Below are positions 24,401-38,450 of a DNA stretch of 64,000 nt, piece by piece; position 1 is the stretch's first letter, and each line of letters opens with the position of its first letter. The translations under genes and the position numbers were made by a program. Location: NCBI GenBank assembly GCA_964016885.1, contig OZ024745.1:59458001-59522000 (forward strand). The letters are read 5' to 3'. Source of the stretch: Eledone cirrhosa. Its lineage: Eukaryota. The notes under the pieces are model-generated. The model made no database searches. It saw nothing but the letters and a program-made list of their open reading frames with translations, and was not told where the DNA came from.

Positions 24401-27400
24401 CGACTTGGAGTGAAAACCTCGACTTGGAGTGAGAACCTCGACTTGGAGTGAAAACCTCGACTTGGAGTGAGAACCCCGACTTGGAGTGAAAACCTCGACT
24501 TGGAGTGAGAACCCCGACTTGGAGTGAAAACCTCGACTTGGAGTGAGAACCTCGACTTGGAGTGAAAACCTCGACTTGGAGTGAGAACCTCGACTTGGAG
24601 TGAAAACCTCGACTTGGAGTGAGAACCTCGACTTGGAGTGAAAACCTCGACTTGGAGTGAGAACCTCGCCTTGGAGTGAAAACATCGACTTGGAGTGAAA
24701 ACCTCGCCTTGGAGTGAAAACCTCGACTTGGAGTGAAAATCTCGACTTGGAGTGAAAACATCGACTTGGAGTGAAAACCTCGACTTGGAGTGAAAACCTC
24801 GACTTGGAGTGAAAACCTCGACTTGGAGTGAAAACCTCGACTTGGAGTGAAAACCTCGACGTGGAGTGAAAACCTCGACTTGGAGTGAAAACCTCGACTT
24901 GGAGTCAAAACCTCGACTTGGAGTCAAAACCTCGACTTGGAGTGAAAACCTCGACTTGGAGTGAAAACCTCGACTTGGAGTGAAAACCTCGACTTGGAGT
25001 GAGAACCTCGACTTGGAGTGAGAACCTCGACTTGGAGTGAGAACCTCGACTTGGAGTGAAAACCTCGACTTGGAGTGAAAACCTCGACTTGGAGTGAAAA
25101 CCTCGACTTGGAGTGAAAACCTCGACTTGGAGTGAAAACCTCGACTTGGAGTGAAAACCTCGACTTGGAGTGACAACCTCGACTTGGAGTGACAACCTCG
25201 ACTTGGAGTGAGAACCTCGACTTGGAGTGAGAACCTCGACTTGGAGTGAGAACCTCGACTTGGAGTGAAAACCTCGACTTGGAGTGAGAACCTCGACTTG
25301 GGGTGAAAACCTCGACTTGGAGTGAGAACCTCGACTTGGAGTGAAAACCTCGACTTGGAGTGAGAACCTCGACTTGGGGTGAAAACCTCGACTTGGAGTG
25401 AGAACCTCGACTTGGAGTGAGAACCTCGACTTGGGGTGAAAACCTCGACTTGGAGTGAAAACCTCGACTTGGAGTGAGAACCTCGACTTGGAGTGAAAAC
25501 CTCGACTTGGGGTGAGAACCTCGACTTGGAGTGAGAACCTCGACTTGGAGTGAGAACCTCGACTTGGAGTGAAAACCTCGACTTGGAGTGAAAACCTCGA
25601 CTTGGAGTGAAAACCTCGACTTGGAGTGAAAACCTCGATTTGGAGTGAAAACCTAGACTTGGAGTGAAAACCTCGATTTGGAGTGAAAACCTAGACTTGG
25701 AGTGAAAACCTCGATTTGGAGTGAAAACCTAGACTTGGAGTGAAAACCTCGATTTGGAGTGAGAACCTCGAGTTGGAGTGAGAACCTCGACTTGGAGTGA
25801 AAACCTCGACTTGGAGTGAGAACCTCGACTTGGAGTGAAAACCTCGACTTGGAGTGAGAACCTCGACTTGGAGTGAAAACCTCGACTTGGAGTGAGAACC
25901 TCGACTTGGAGTGAGAACCGCGACTTGGAGTGAAAACCTCGACTTGGAGTGAGAACCTCGACTTGGAGTGAGAACCTCGACTTGGAGTGAGAACCTCGAC
26001 TTGGAGTGAGAACCTCGACTTGGAGTGAAAACCTCGACTTGGAGTGAAAACCTCGACTTGGAGTGAAAACCTCGACTTGGAGTGAAAACCTCGACTTGGA
26101 GTGAAAACCTCGACTTGGAGTGAAAACCTCGACTTGGAGTGACAACCTCGACTTGGAGTGACAACCTCGACTTGGAGTGACAACCTCGACTTGGAGTGAG
26201 AACCTCGACTTGGAGTGAGAACCTCGACTTGGAGTGAGAACCTCGACTTGGAGTGAAAACCTCGACTTGGAGTGAGAACCTCGACTTGGGGTGAAAACCT
26301 CGACTTGGAGTGAGAACCTCGACTTGGAGTGAAAACCTCGACTTGGAGTGAGAACCTCGACTTGGGGTGAAAACCTCGACTTGGAGTGAGAACCTCGACT
26401 TGGAGTGAGAACCTCGACTTGGGGTGAAAACCTCGACTTGGAGTGAAAACCTCGACTTGGAGTGAGAACCTCGACTTGGAGTGAAAACCTCGACTTGGAG
26501 TGAGAACCTCGACTTGGAGTGAGAACCTCGACTTGGAGTGAGAACCTCAACTTGGAGTGAAAACCTCGACTTGGAGTGAAAACCTCGACTTGGAGTGAAA
26601 ACCTCGACTTGGAGTGAAAACCTCGACTTGGAGTGAAAACCTCGACTAGGAGTGAAAACCTCGACTTGGAGTGAAAACCTCGACTAGGAGTGAAAACCTC
26701 GACTTGGAGTGAGAACCTCGACTTGGAGTGAAAACCTCGATTTGGAGTGAAAACCTCGACTTGGAGTGAGAACCTCGACTTGGAGTGAAAACCTCGACAT
26801 GGAGTGAAAACCTCGACTTGGAGTGAAAACCTCGACATGGAGTGAAAACCTCGACATGGAGTGAAAACCTCGACTTGGAGTGAGAACCTCGACTTGGAGT
26901 GAAAACCTCGACTTGGAGTGAAAACCTCGACTTGGAGTGAGAACCTCGACTTGGAGTGAAAACCTCGACTTGGAGTGAAAACCTCGACTTGGAGTGAAAA
27001 CCTCGACTTGGAGTGAAAACCTCGACTTGGAGTGAGAACCTCGACTTGGAGTGAAAACCTCGACTTGGAGTGAGAACCTCGACTTGGAGTGAAAACCTCG
27101 ACTTGGAGTGAGAACCCCGACTTGGAGTGAAAACCTCGACTTGGAGTGAGAACCCCGACTTGGAGTGAAAACCTCGACTTGGAGTGAGAACCTCGACTTG
27201 GAGTGAAAACCTCGACTTGGAGTGAGAACCTCGACTTGGAGTGAAAACCTCGACTTGGAATGAGAACCTCGACTTGGAGTGAAAACCTCGACTTGGAGTG
27301 AGAACCTCGCCTTGGAGTGAAAACATCGACTTGGAGTGAAAACCTCGCCTTGGAGTGAAAACCTCGACTTGGAGTGAAAATCTCGACTTGGAGTGAAAAC

Positions 27401-30400
27401 ATCGACTTGGAGTGAAAACCTCGACTTGGAGTGAAAACCTCGACTTGGAGTGAAAACCTCGACTTGGAGTGAAAACCTCGACTTGGAGTGAAAACCTCGA
27501 CGTGGAGTGAAAACCTCGACTTGGAGTGAAAACCTCGACTTGGAGTCAAAACCTCGACTTGGAGTCAAAACCTCGACTTGGAGTGAAAACCTCGACTTGG
27601 AGTGAAAACCTCGACTTGGAGTGAAAACCTCGACTTGGAGTGAGAACCTCGACTTGGAGTGAAAACCTCGATTTGAAGTGAAAACCTCGACTTGGAGTGA
27701 AAACCTCGACTTGGAGTGAAAACCTCGACATGGAGTGAAAACCTCGACTTGGAGTGAAAACCTCGACATGGAGTGAAAACCTCGACTTGCAGTGAAAACC
27801 TCGACTTGGAGTGAAAACCTCGACTTGCAGTGAAAACCTCGACTTGCAGTGAAAACCTCGACTTGGAGTGAAAACCTCGACTTGGAGTGAGAACCTCGAC
27901 TTGGAGTGAAAACCTCGACTTGGAGTGAGAACCTCGACTTGGAGTGAGAACCTCGACTTGGAGTGAAAACCTCGACTTGGAGTGAAAACCTCGACTTGGA
28001 GTGAAAACCTCGACTTGGAGTGAAAACCTCGACTTGGAGTGAAAACCTCGGCTTGGAGTGAAAACCTCGACTTGGAGTGAAAACCTCGGCTTGGAGTGAA
28101 AACCTCGATTTGGAGTGAAAACCTAGACTTGGAGTGAAAACCTCGATTTGGAGTGAAAACCTAGACTTGGAGTGAAAACCTCGATTTGGAGTGAAAACCT
28201 AGACTTGGAGTGAAAACCTCGATTTGGAGTGAGAACCTCGAGTTGGAGTGAGAACCTCGACTTGGAGTGAAAACCTCGACTTGGAGTGAGAACCTCGACT
28301 TGGAGTGAAAACCTCGACTTGGAGTGAGAACCTCGACTTGGAGTGAAAACCTCGACTTGGAGTGAGAACCTCGACTTGGAGTGAGAACCGCGACTTGGAG
28401 TGAAAACCTCGACTTGGAGTGAGAACCTCGACTTGGAGTGAGAACCTCGACTTGGAGTGAGAACCTCGACTTGGAGTGAGAACCTCGACTTGGAGTGAAA
28501 ACCTCGACTTGGAGTGAAAACCTCGACTTGGAGTGAAAACCTCGACTTGGAGTGAAAACCTCGACTTGGAGTGAAAACCTCGACTTGGAGTGAAAACCTC
28601 GACTTGGAGTGACAACCTCGACTTGGAGTGACAACCTCGACTTGGAGTGACAACCTCGACTTGGAGTGAGAACCTCGACTTGGAGTGAGAACCTCGACTT
28701 GGAGTGAGAACCTCGACTTGGAGTGAAAACCTCGACTTGGAGTGAGAACCTCGACTTGGGGTGAAAACCTCGACTTGGAGTGAGAACCTCGACTTGGAGT
28801 GAAAACCTCGACTTGGAGTGAGAACCTCGACTTGGGGTGAAAACCTCGACTTGGAGTGAGAACCTCGACTTGGAGTGAGAACCTCGACTTGGGGTGAAAA
28901 CCTCGACTTGGAGTGAAAACCTCGACTTGGAGTGAGAACCTCGACTTGGAGTGAAAACCTCGACTTGGAGTGAGAACCTCGACTTGGAGTGAGAACCTCG
29001 ACTTGGAGTGAGAACCTCGACTTGGAGTGAAAACCTCGACTTGGAGTGAAAACCTCGACTTGGAGTGAAAACCTCGACTTGGAGTGAAAACCTCGACTTG
29101 GAGTGAAAACCTCGACTAGGAGTGAAAACCTCGACTTGGAGTGAAAACCTCGACTAGGAGTGAAAACCTCGACTTGGAGTGAGAACCTCGACTTGGAGTG
29201 AAAACCTCGATTTGGAGTGAAAACCTCGACTTGGAGTGAGAACCTCGACTTGGAGTGAAAACCTCGACATGGAGTGAAAACCTCGACTTGGAGTGAAAAC
29301 CTCGACATGGAGTGAAAACCTCGACATGGAGTGAAAACCTCGACTTGGAGTGAGAACCTCGACTTGGAGTGAAAACCTCGACTTGGAGTGAAAACCTCGA
29401 CTTGGAGTGAGAACCTCGACTTGGAGTGAAAACCTCGACTTGGAGTGAAAACCTCGACTTGGAGTGAAAACCTCGACTTGGAGTGAAAACCTCGACTTGG
29501 AGTGAGAACCTCGACTTGGAGTGAAAACCTCGACTTGGAGTGAAAACCTCGACTTGGAGTGAAAACCTCGACTTGGAGTGAAAACCTCGACTTGGAGTGA
29601 AAACCTCGACTTGGAGTGAGAACCTCGACTTGGAGTGAAAACCTCGACTTGGAGTGAAAACCTCGACTTGGAGTGAAAACCTCGACTTGGAGTGAGAACC
29701 TCGACTTGGAGTGACAACCTCGACTTGGAGTGAAAACCTCGACTTGGAGTGAGAACCTCGACTTGGAGTGAGAACCTCGACTTGGAGTGAAAACCTCGAC
29801 TTGGAGTGAGAACCTCGACTTGGAGTGAGAACCTCGACTTGGAGTGAAAACCTCGACTTGGAGTGAGAACCTCGACTTGGAGTGAGAACCTCGACTTGGA
29901 GTGAGAACCTCGACTTGGAGTGAGAACCTCGACTTGGGGTGAAAACCTCGACTTGGAGTGAGAACCTCGACTTGGAGTGAAAACCTCGACTTGGAGTGAA
30001 AACCCCGACTTGGAGTGAGAACCCCGACTTGGAGTGAGAACCCCGACTTGGAGTGAAAACCTCGACTTGGAGTGAGAACCTCGACTTGGAGTGAGAACCT
30101 CGACTTGGAGTGAGAACCTCGACTTGGAGTGAGAACCTCGACTTGGAGTGAGAACCTCGACTTGGAGTGAGAACCTCGACTTGGAGTGAAAACCTCGACT
30201 TGGAGTGAAAACCTCGACTTGGAGTGAAAACCTCGACTTGGAGTGAGAACCTCGACTTGGAGTGAAAACCTCGACTTGGAGTGAGAACCTCGACTTGGAG
30301 TGAAAACCTCGACTTGGAGTGAGAACCTCGACTTGGAGTGAAAACCTCGACTTGGAGTGAGAACCTCGCCTTGGAGTGAAAACATCGACTTGGAGTGAAA

Positions 30401-33400
30401 ACCTCGCCTTGGAGTGAAAACCTCGACTTGGAGTGAAAATCTCGACTTGGAGTGAAAACATCGACTTGGAGTGAAAACCTCGACTTGGAGTGAAAACCTC
30501 GACTTGGAGTGAAAACCTCGACTTGGAGTGAAAACCTCGACGTGGAGTGAAAACCTCGACTTGGAGTGAAAACCTCGACTTGGAGTCAAAACCTCGACTT
30601 GGAGTCAAAACCTCGACTTGGAGTGAAAACCTCGACTTGGAGTGAAAACCTCGACTTGGAGTGAAAACCTCGACTTGGAGTGAGAACCTCGACTTGGAGT
30701 GAAAACCTCGATTTGAAGTGAAAACCTCGACTTGGAGTGAAAACCTCGACTTGGAGTGAAAACCTCGACATGGAGTGAAAACCTCGACTTGGAGTGAAAA
30801 CCTCGACATGGAGTGAAAACCTCGACTTGCAGTGAAAACCTCGACTTGGAGTGAAAACCTCGACTTGCAGTGAAAACCTCGACTTGCAGTGAAAACCTCG
30901 ACTTGGAGTGAAAACCTCGACTTGGAGTGAGAACCTCGACTTGGAGTGAAAACCTCGACTTGGAGTGAGAACCTCAACTTGGAGTGAGAACCTCGACTTG
31001 GAGTGAAAACCTCGACTTGGAGTGAAAACCTCGACTTGGAGTGAAAACCTCGACTTGGAGTGAAAACCTCGACTTGGAGTGAAAACCTCGGCTTGGAGTG
31101 AAAACCTCGACTTGGAGTGAAAACCTCGGCTTGGAGTGAAAACCTCGATTTGGAGTGAAAACCTAGACTTGGAGTGAAAACCTCGATTTGGAGTGAAAAC
31201 CTAGACTTGGAGTGAAAACCTCGATTTGGAGTGAAAACCTAGACTTGGAGTGAAAACCTCGATTTGGAGTGAGAACCTCGAGTTGGAGTGAGAACCTCGA
31301 CTTGGAGTGAAAACCTCGACTTGGAGTGAGAACCTCGACTTGGAGTGAAAACCTCGACTTGGAGTGAGAACCTCGACTTGGAGTGAAAACCTCGACTTGG
31401 AGTGAGAACCTCGACTTGGAGTGAGAACCGCGACTTGGAGTGAAAACCTCGACTTGGAGTGAGAACCTCGACTTGGAGTGAGAACCTCGACTTGGAGTGA
31501 GAACCTCGACTTGGAGTGAGAACCTCGACTTGGAGTGAAAACCTCGACTTGGAGTGAAAACCTCGACTTGGAGTGAAAACCTCGACTTGGAGTGAAAACC
31601 TCGACTTGGAGTGAAAACCTCGACTTGGAGTGAAAACCTCGACTTGGAGTGACAACCTCGACTTGGAGTGACAACCTCGACTTGGAGTGACAACCTCGAC
31701 TTGGAGTGAGAACCTCGACTTGGAGTGAGAACCTCGACTTGGAGTGAGAACCTCGACTTGGAGTGAAAACCTCGACTTGGAGTGAGAACCTCGACTTGGG
31801 GTGAAAACCTCGACTTGGAGTGAGAACCTCGACTTGGAGTGAAAACCTCGACTTGGAGTGAGAACCTCGACTTGGGGTGAAAACCTCGACTTGGAGTGAG
31901 AACCTCGACTTGGAGTGAGAACCTCGACTTGGGGTGAAAACCTCGACTTGGAGTGAAAACCTCGACTTGGAGTGAGAACCTCGACTTGGAGTGAAAACCT
32001 CGACTTGGAGTGAGAACCTCGACTTGGAGTGAGAACCTCGACTTGGAGTGAGAACCTCGACTTGGAGTGAAAACCTCGACTTGGAGTGAAAACCTCGACT
32101 TGGAGTGAAAACCTCGACTTGGAGTGAAAACCTCGACTTGGAGTGAAAACCTCGACTAGGAGTGAAAACCTCGACTTGGAGTGAAAACCTCGACTAGGAG
32201 TGAAAACCTCGACTTGGAGTGAGAACCTCGACTTGGAGTGAAAACCTCGATTTGGAGTGAAAACCTCGACTTGGAGTGAGAACCTCGACTTGGAGTGAAA
32301 ACCTCGACATGGAGTGAAAACCTCGACTTGGAGTGAAAACCTCGACATGGAGTGAAAACCTCGACATGGAGTGAAAACCTCGACTTGGAGTGAGAACCTC
32401 GACTTGGAGTGAAAACCTCGACATGGAGTGAAAACCTCGACTTGGAGTGAGAACCTCGACTTGGAGTGAAAACCTCGACTTGGAGTGAAAACCTCGACTT
32501 GGAGTGAAAACCTCGACTTGGAGTGAAAACCTCGACTTGGAGTGAGAACCTCGACTTGGAGTGAAAACCTCGACTTGGAGTGAGAACCCCGACTTGGAGT
32601 GAAAACCTCGACTTGGAGTGAGAACCCCGACTTGGAGTGAAAACCTCGACTTGGAGTGAGAACCTCGACTTGGAGTGAAAACCTCGACTTGGAGTGAGAA
32701 CCTCGACTTGGAGTGAAAACCTCGACTTGGAGTGAGAACCTCGACTTGGAGTGAAAACCTCGACTTGGAGTGAGAACCTCGCCTTGGAGTGAAAACATCG
32801 ACTTGGAGTGAAAACCTCGCCTTGGAGTGAAAACCTCGACTTGGAGTGAAAATCTCGACTTGGAGTGAAAACATCGACTTGGAGTGAAAACCTCGACTTG
32901 GAGTGAAAACCTCGACTTGGAGTGAAAACCTCGACTTGGAGTGAAAACCTCGACGTGGAGTGAAAACCTCGACTTGGAGTGAAAACCTCGACTTGGAGTC
33001 AAAACCTCGACTTGGAGTCAAAACCTCGACTTGGAGTGAAAACCTCGACTTGGAGTGAAAACCTCGACTTGGAGTGAAAACCTCGACTTGGAGTGAGAAC
33101 CTCGACTTGGAGTGAAAACCTCGATTTGAAGTGAAAACCTCGACTTGGAGTGAAAACCTCGACTTGGAGTGAAAACCTCGACATGGAGTGAAAACCTCGA
33201 CATGGAGTGAAAACCTCGACTTGGAGTGAAAACCTCGACATGGAGTGAAAACCTCGACTTGGAGTGAAAACCTCGACTTGGAGTGAAAACCTCGACTTGG
33301 AGTGAAAACCTCGGCTTGGAGTGAAAACCTCGACTTGGAGTGAAAACCTCGGCTTGGAGTGAAAACCTCGATTTGGAGTGAAAACCTAGACTTGGAGTGA

Positions 33401-36400
33401 AAACCTCGATTTGGAGTGAAAACCTAGACTTGGAGTGAAAACCTCGATTTGGAGTGAAAACCTAGACTTGGAGTGAAAACCTCGATTTGGAGTGAGAACC
33501 TCGAGTTGGAGTGAGAACCTCGACTTGGAGTGAAAACCTCGACTTGGAGTGAGAACCTCGACTTGGAGTGAAAACCTCGACTTGGAGTGAGAACCTCGAC
33601 TTGGAGTGAAAACCTCGACTTGGAGTGAGAACCTCGACTTGGAGTGAGAACCGCGACTTGGAGTGAAAACCTCGACTTGGAGTGAGAACCTCGACTTGGA
33701 GTGAGAACCTCGACTTGGAGTGAGAACCTCGACTTGGAGTGAGAACCTCGACTTGGAGTGAAAACCTCGACTTGGAGTGAAAACCTCGACTTGGAGTGAA
33801 AACCTCGACTTGGAGTGAAAACCTCGACTTGGAGTGAAAACCTCGACTTGGAGTGACAACCTCGACTTGGAGTGACAACCTCGACTTGGAGTGACAACCT
33901 CGACTTGGAGTGAGAACCTCGACTTGGAGTGAGAACCTCGACTTGGAGTGAGAACCTCGACTTGGAGTGAGAACCTCGACTTGGGGTGAAAACCTCGACT
34001 TGGAGTGAGAACCTCGACTTGGAGTGAAAACCTCGACTTGGAGTGAAAACCTCGACTTGGAGTGAGAACCTCGACTTGGGGTGAAAACCTCGACTTGGAG
34101 TGAGAACCTCGACTTGGAGTGAGAACCTCGACTTGGGGTGAAAACCTCGACTTGGAGTGAAAACCTCGACTTGGAGTGAGAACCTCGACTTGGAGTGAAA
34201 ACCTCGACTTGGGGTGAGAACCTCGACTTGGAGTGAGAACCTCGACTTGGAGTGAGAACCTCGACTTGGAGTGAAAACCTCGACTTGGAGTGAAAACCTC
34301 GACTTGGAGTGAAAACCTCGACTTGGAGTGAAAACCTCGACTTGGAGTGAAAACCTCGACTAGGAGTGAAAACCTCGACTTGGAGTGAAAACCTCGACTA
34401 GGAGTGAAAACCTCGACTTGGAGTGAGAACCTCGACTTGGAGTGAAAACCTCGATTTGGAGTGAAAACCTAGACTTGGAGTGAAAACCTCGATTTGGAGT
34501 GAAAACCTAGACTTGGAGTGAAAACCTCGATTTGGAGTGAAAACCTAGACTTGGAGTGAAAACCTCGATTTGGAGTGAGAACCTCGAGTTGGAGTGAGAA
34601 CCTCGACTTGGAGTGAAAACCTCGACTTGGAGTGAGAACCTCGACTTGGAGTGAAAACCTCGACTTGGAGTGAGAACCTCGACTTGGAGTGAAAACCTCG
34701 ACTTGGAGTGAGAACCTCGACTTGGAGTGAGAACCGCGACTTGGAGTGAAAACCTCGACTTGGAGTGAGAACCTCGACTTGGAGTGAGAACCTCGACTTG
34801 GAGTGAGAACCTCGACTTGGAGTGAGAACCTCGACTTGGAGTGAAAACCTCGACTTGGAGTGAAAACCTCGACTTGGAGTGAAAACCTCGACTTGGAGTG
34901 AAAACCTCGACTTGGAGTGAAAACCTCGACTTGGAGTGAAAACCTCGACTTGGAGTGACAACCTCGACTTGGAGTGACAACCTCGACTTGGAGTGACAAC
35001 CTCGACTTGGAGTGAGAACCTCGACTTGGAGTGAGAACCTCGACTTGGAGTGAGAACCTCGACTTGGAGTGAAAACCTCGACTTGGAGTGAGAACCTCGA
35101 CTTGGGGTGAAAACCTCGACTTGGAGTGAGAACCTCGACTTGGAGTGAAAACCTCGACTTGGAGTGAGAACCTCGACTTGGGGTGAAAACCTCGACTTGG
35201 AGTGAGAACCTCGACTTGGAGTGAGAACCTCGACTTGGGGTGAAAACCTCGACTTGGAGTGAAAACCTCGACTTGGAGTGAGAACCTCGACTTGGAGTGA
35301 AAACCTCGACTTGGAGTGAGAACCTCGACTTGGAGTGAGAACCTCGACTTGGAGTGAGAACCTCGACTTGGAGTGAAAACCTCGACTTGGAGTGAAAACC
35401 TCGACTTGGAGTGAAAACCTCGACTTGGAGTGAAAACCTCGACTTGGAGTGAAAACCTCGACTAGGAGTGAAAACCTCGACTTGGAGTGAAAACCTCGAC
35501 TAGGAGTGAAAACCTCGACTTGGAGTGAGAACCTCGACTTGGAGTGAAAACCTCGATTTGGAGTGAAAACCTCGACTTGGAGTGAAAACCTCGACTTGGA
35601 GTGAAAACCTCGACATGGAGTGAAAACCTCGACTTGGAGTGAAAACCTCGACATGGAGTGAAAACCTCGACATGGAGTGAAAACCTCGACTTGGAGTGAG
35701 AACCTCGACTTGGAGTGAAAACCTCGACTTGGAGTGAAAACCTCGACTTGGAGTGAGAACCTCGACTTGGAGTGAAAACCTCGACTTGGAGTGAAAACCT
35801 CGACTTGGAGTGAAAACCTCGACTTGGAGTGAAAACCTCGACTTGGAGTGAGAACCTCGACTTGGAGTGAAAACCTCGACTTGGAGTGAGAACCTCGACT
35901 TGGAGTGAAAACCTCGACTTGGAGTGAGAACCCCGACTTGGAGTGAAAACCTCGACTTGGAGTGAGAACCCCGACTTGGAGTGAAAACCTCGACTTGGAG
36001 TGAGAACCTCGACTTGGAGTGAAAACCTCGACTTGGAGTGAGAACCTCGACTTGGAGTGAAAACCTCGACTTGGAGTGAGAACCTCGACTTGGAGTGAAA
36101 ACCTCGACTTGGAGTGAGAACCTCGCCTTGGAGTGAAAACATCGACTTGGAGTGAAAACCTCGCCTTGGAGTGAAAACCTCGACTTGGAGTGAAAATCTC
36201 GACTTGGAGTGAAAACATCGACTTGGAGTGAAAACCTCGACTTGGAGTGAAAACCTCGACTTGGAGTGAAAACCTCGACTTGGAGTGAAAACCTCGACTT
36301 GGAGTGAAAACCTCGACGTGGAGTGAAAACCTCGACTTGGAGTGAAAACCTCGACTTGGAGTCAAAACCTCGACTTGGAGTCAAAACCTCGACTTGGAGT

Positions 36401-38450
36401 GAAAACCTCGACTTGGAGTGAAAACCTCGACTTGGAGTGAAAACCTCGACTTGGAGTGAGAACCTCGACTTGGAGTGAAAACCTCGATTTGAAGTGAAAA
36501 CCTCGACTTGGAGTGAAAACCTCGACTTGGAGTGAAAACCTCGACATGGAGTGAAAACCTCGACTTGGAGTGAAAACCTCGACATGGAGTGAAAACCTCG
36601 ACTTGCAGTGAAAACCTCGACTTGGAGTGAAAACCTCGACTTGCAGTGAAAACCTCGACTTGCAGTGAAAACCTCGACTTGGAGTGAAAACCTCGACTTG
36701 GAGTGAGAACCTCGACTTGGAGTGAAAACCTCGACTTGGAGTGAGAACCTCGACTTGGAGTGAGAACCTCGACTTGGAGTGAAAACCTCGACTTGGAGTG
36801 AAAACCTCGACTTGGAGTGAAAACCTCGACTTGGAGTGAAAACCTCGACTTGGAGTGAAAACCTCGGCTTGGAGTGAAAACCTCGACTTGGAGTGAAAAC
36901 CTCGGCTTGGAGTGAAAACCTCGATTTGGAGTGAAAACCTAGACTTGGAGTGAAAACCTCGATTTGGAGTGAAAACCTAGACTTGGAGTGAAAACCTCGA
37001 TTTGGAGTGAAAACCTAGACTTGGAGTGAAAACCTCGATTTGGAGTGAGAACCTCGAGTTGGAGTGAGAACCTCGACTTGGAGTGAAAACCTCGACTTGG
37101 AGTGAGAACCTCGACTTGGAGTGAAAACCTCGACTTGGAGTGAGAACCTCGACTTGGAGTGAAAACCTCGACTTGGAGTGAGAACCTCGACTTGGAGTGA
37201 GAACCGCGACTTGGAGTGAAAACCTCGACTTGGAGTGAGAACCTCGACTTGGAGTGAGAACCTCGACTTGGAGTGAGAACCTCGACTTGGAGTGAGAACC
37301 TCGACTTGGAGTGAAAACCTCGACTTGGAGTGAAAACCTCGACTTGGAGTGAAAACCTCGACTTGGAGTGAAAACCTCGACTTGGAGTGAAAACCTCGAC
37401 TTGGAGTGAAAACCTCGACTTGGAGTGACAACCTCGACTTGGAGTGACAACCTCGACTTGGAGTGACAACCTCGACTTGGAGTGAGAACCTCGACTTGGA
37501 GTGAGAACCTCGACTTGGAGTGAGAACCTCGACTTGGAGTGAAAACCTCGACTTGGAGTGAGAACCTCGACTTGGGGTGAAAACCTCGACTTGGAGTGAG
37601 AACCTCGACTTGGAGTGAAAACCTCGACTTGGAGTGAGAACCTCGACTTGGGGTGAAAACCTCGACTTGGAGTGAGAACCTCGACTTGGAGTGAGAACCT
37701 CGACTTGGGGTGAAAACCTCGACTTGGAGTGAAAACCTCGACTTGGAGTGAGAACCTCGACTTGGAGTGAAAACCTCGACTTGGAGTGAGAACCTCGACT
37801 TGGAGTGAGAACCTCGACTTGGAGTGAGAACCTCGACTTGGAGTGAAAACCTCGACTTGGAGTGAAAACCTCGACTTGGAGTGAAAACCTCGACTTGGAG
37901 TGAAAACCTCGACTTGGAGTGAAAACCTCGACTAGGAGTGAAAACCTCGACTTGGAGTGAAAACCTCGACTAGGAGTGAAAACCTCGACTTGGAGTGAGA
38001 ACCTCGACTTGGAGTGAAAACCTCGATTTGGAGTGAAAACCTCGACTTGGAGTGAAAACCTCGACTTGGAGTGAAAACCTCGACATGGAGTGAAAACCTC
38101 GACTTGGAGTGAAAACCTCGACATGGAGTGAAAACCTCGACATGGAGTGAAAACCTCGACTTGGAGTGAGAACCTCGACTTGGAGTGAAAACCTCGACTT
38201 GGAGTGAAAACCTCGACTTGGAGTGAGAACCTCGACTTGGAGTGAAAACCTCGACTTGGAGTGAAAACCTCGACTTGGAGTGAAAACCTCGACTTGGAGT
38301 GAAAACCTCGACTTGGAGTGAGAACCTCGACTTGGAGTGAAAACCTCGACTTGGAGTGAGAACCTCGACTTGGAGTGAAAACCTCGACTTGGAGTGAGAA
38401 CCCCGACTTGGAGTGAAAACCTCGACTTGGAGTGAGAACCCCGACTTGGA
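18400..38450. repeat. HOR family A, main block: nine marker cassettes spaced 120, 57, 139, 130, 160, 117, 57 and 130 monomers apart
   Basis: CTCGAG markers at 19763, 22043, 23126, 25767, 28237, 31277, 33500, 34583 and 37053. All spacings are exact multiples of 19. Confidence 0.88.
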
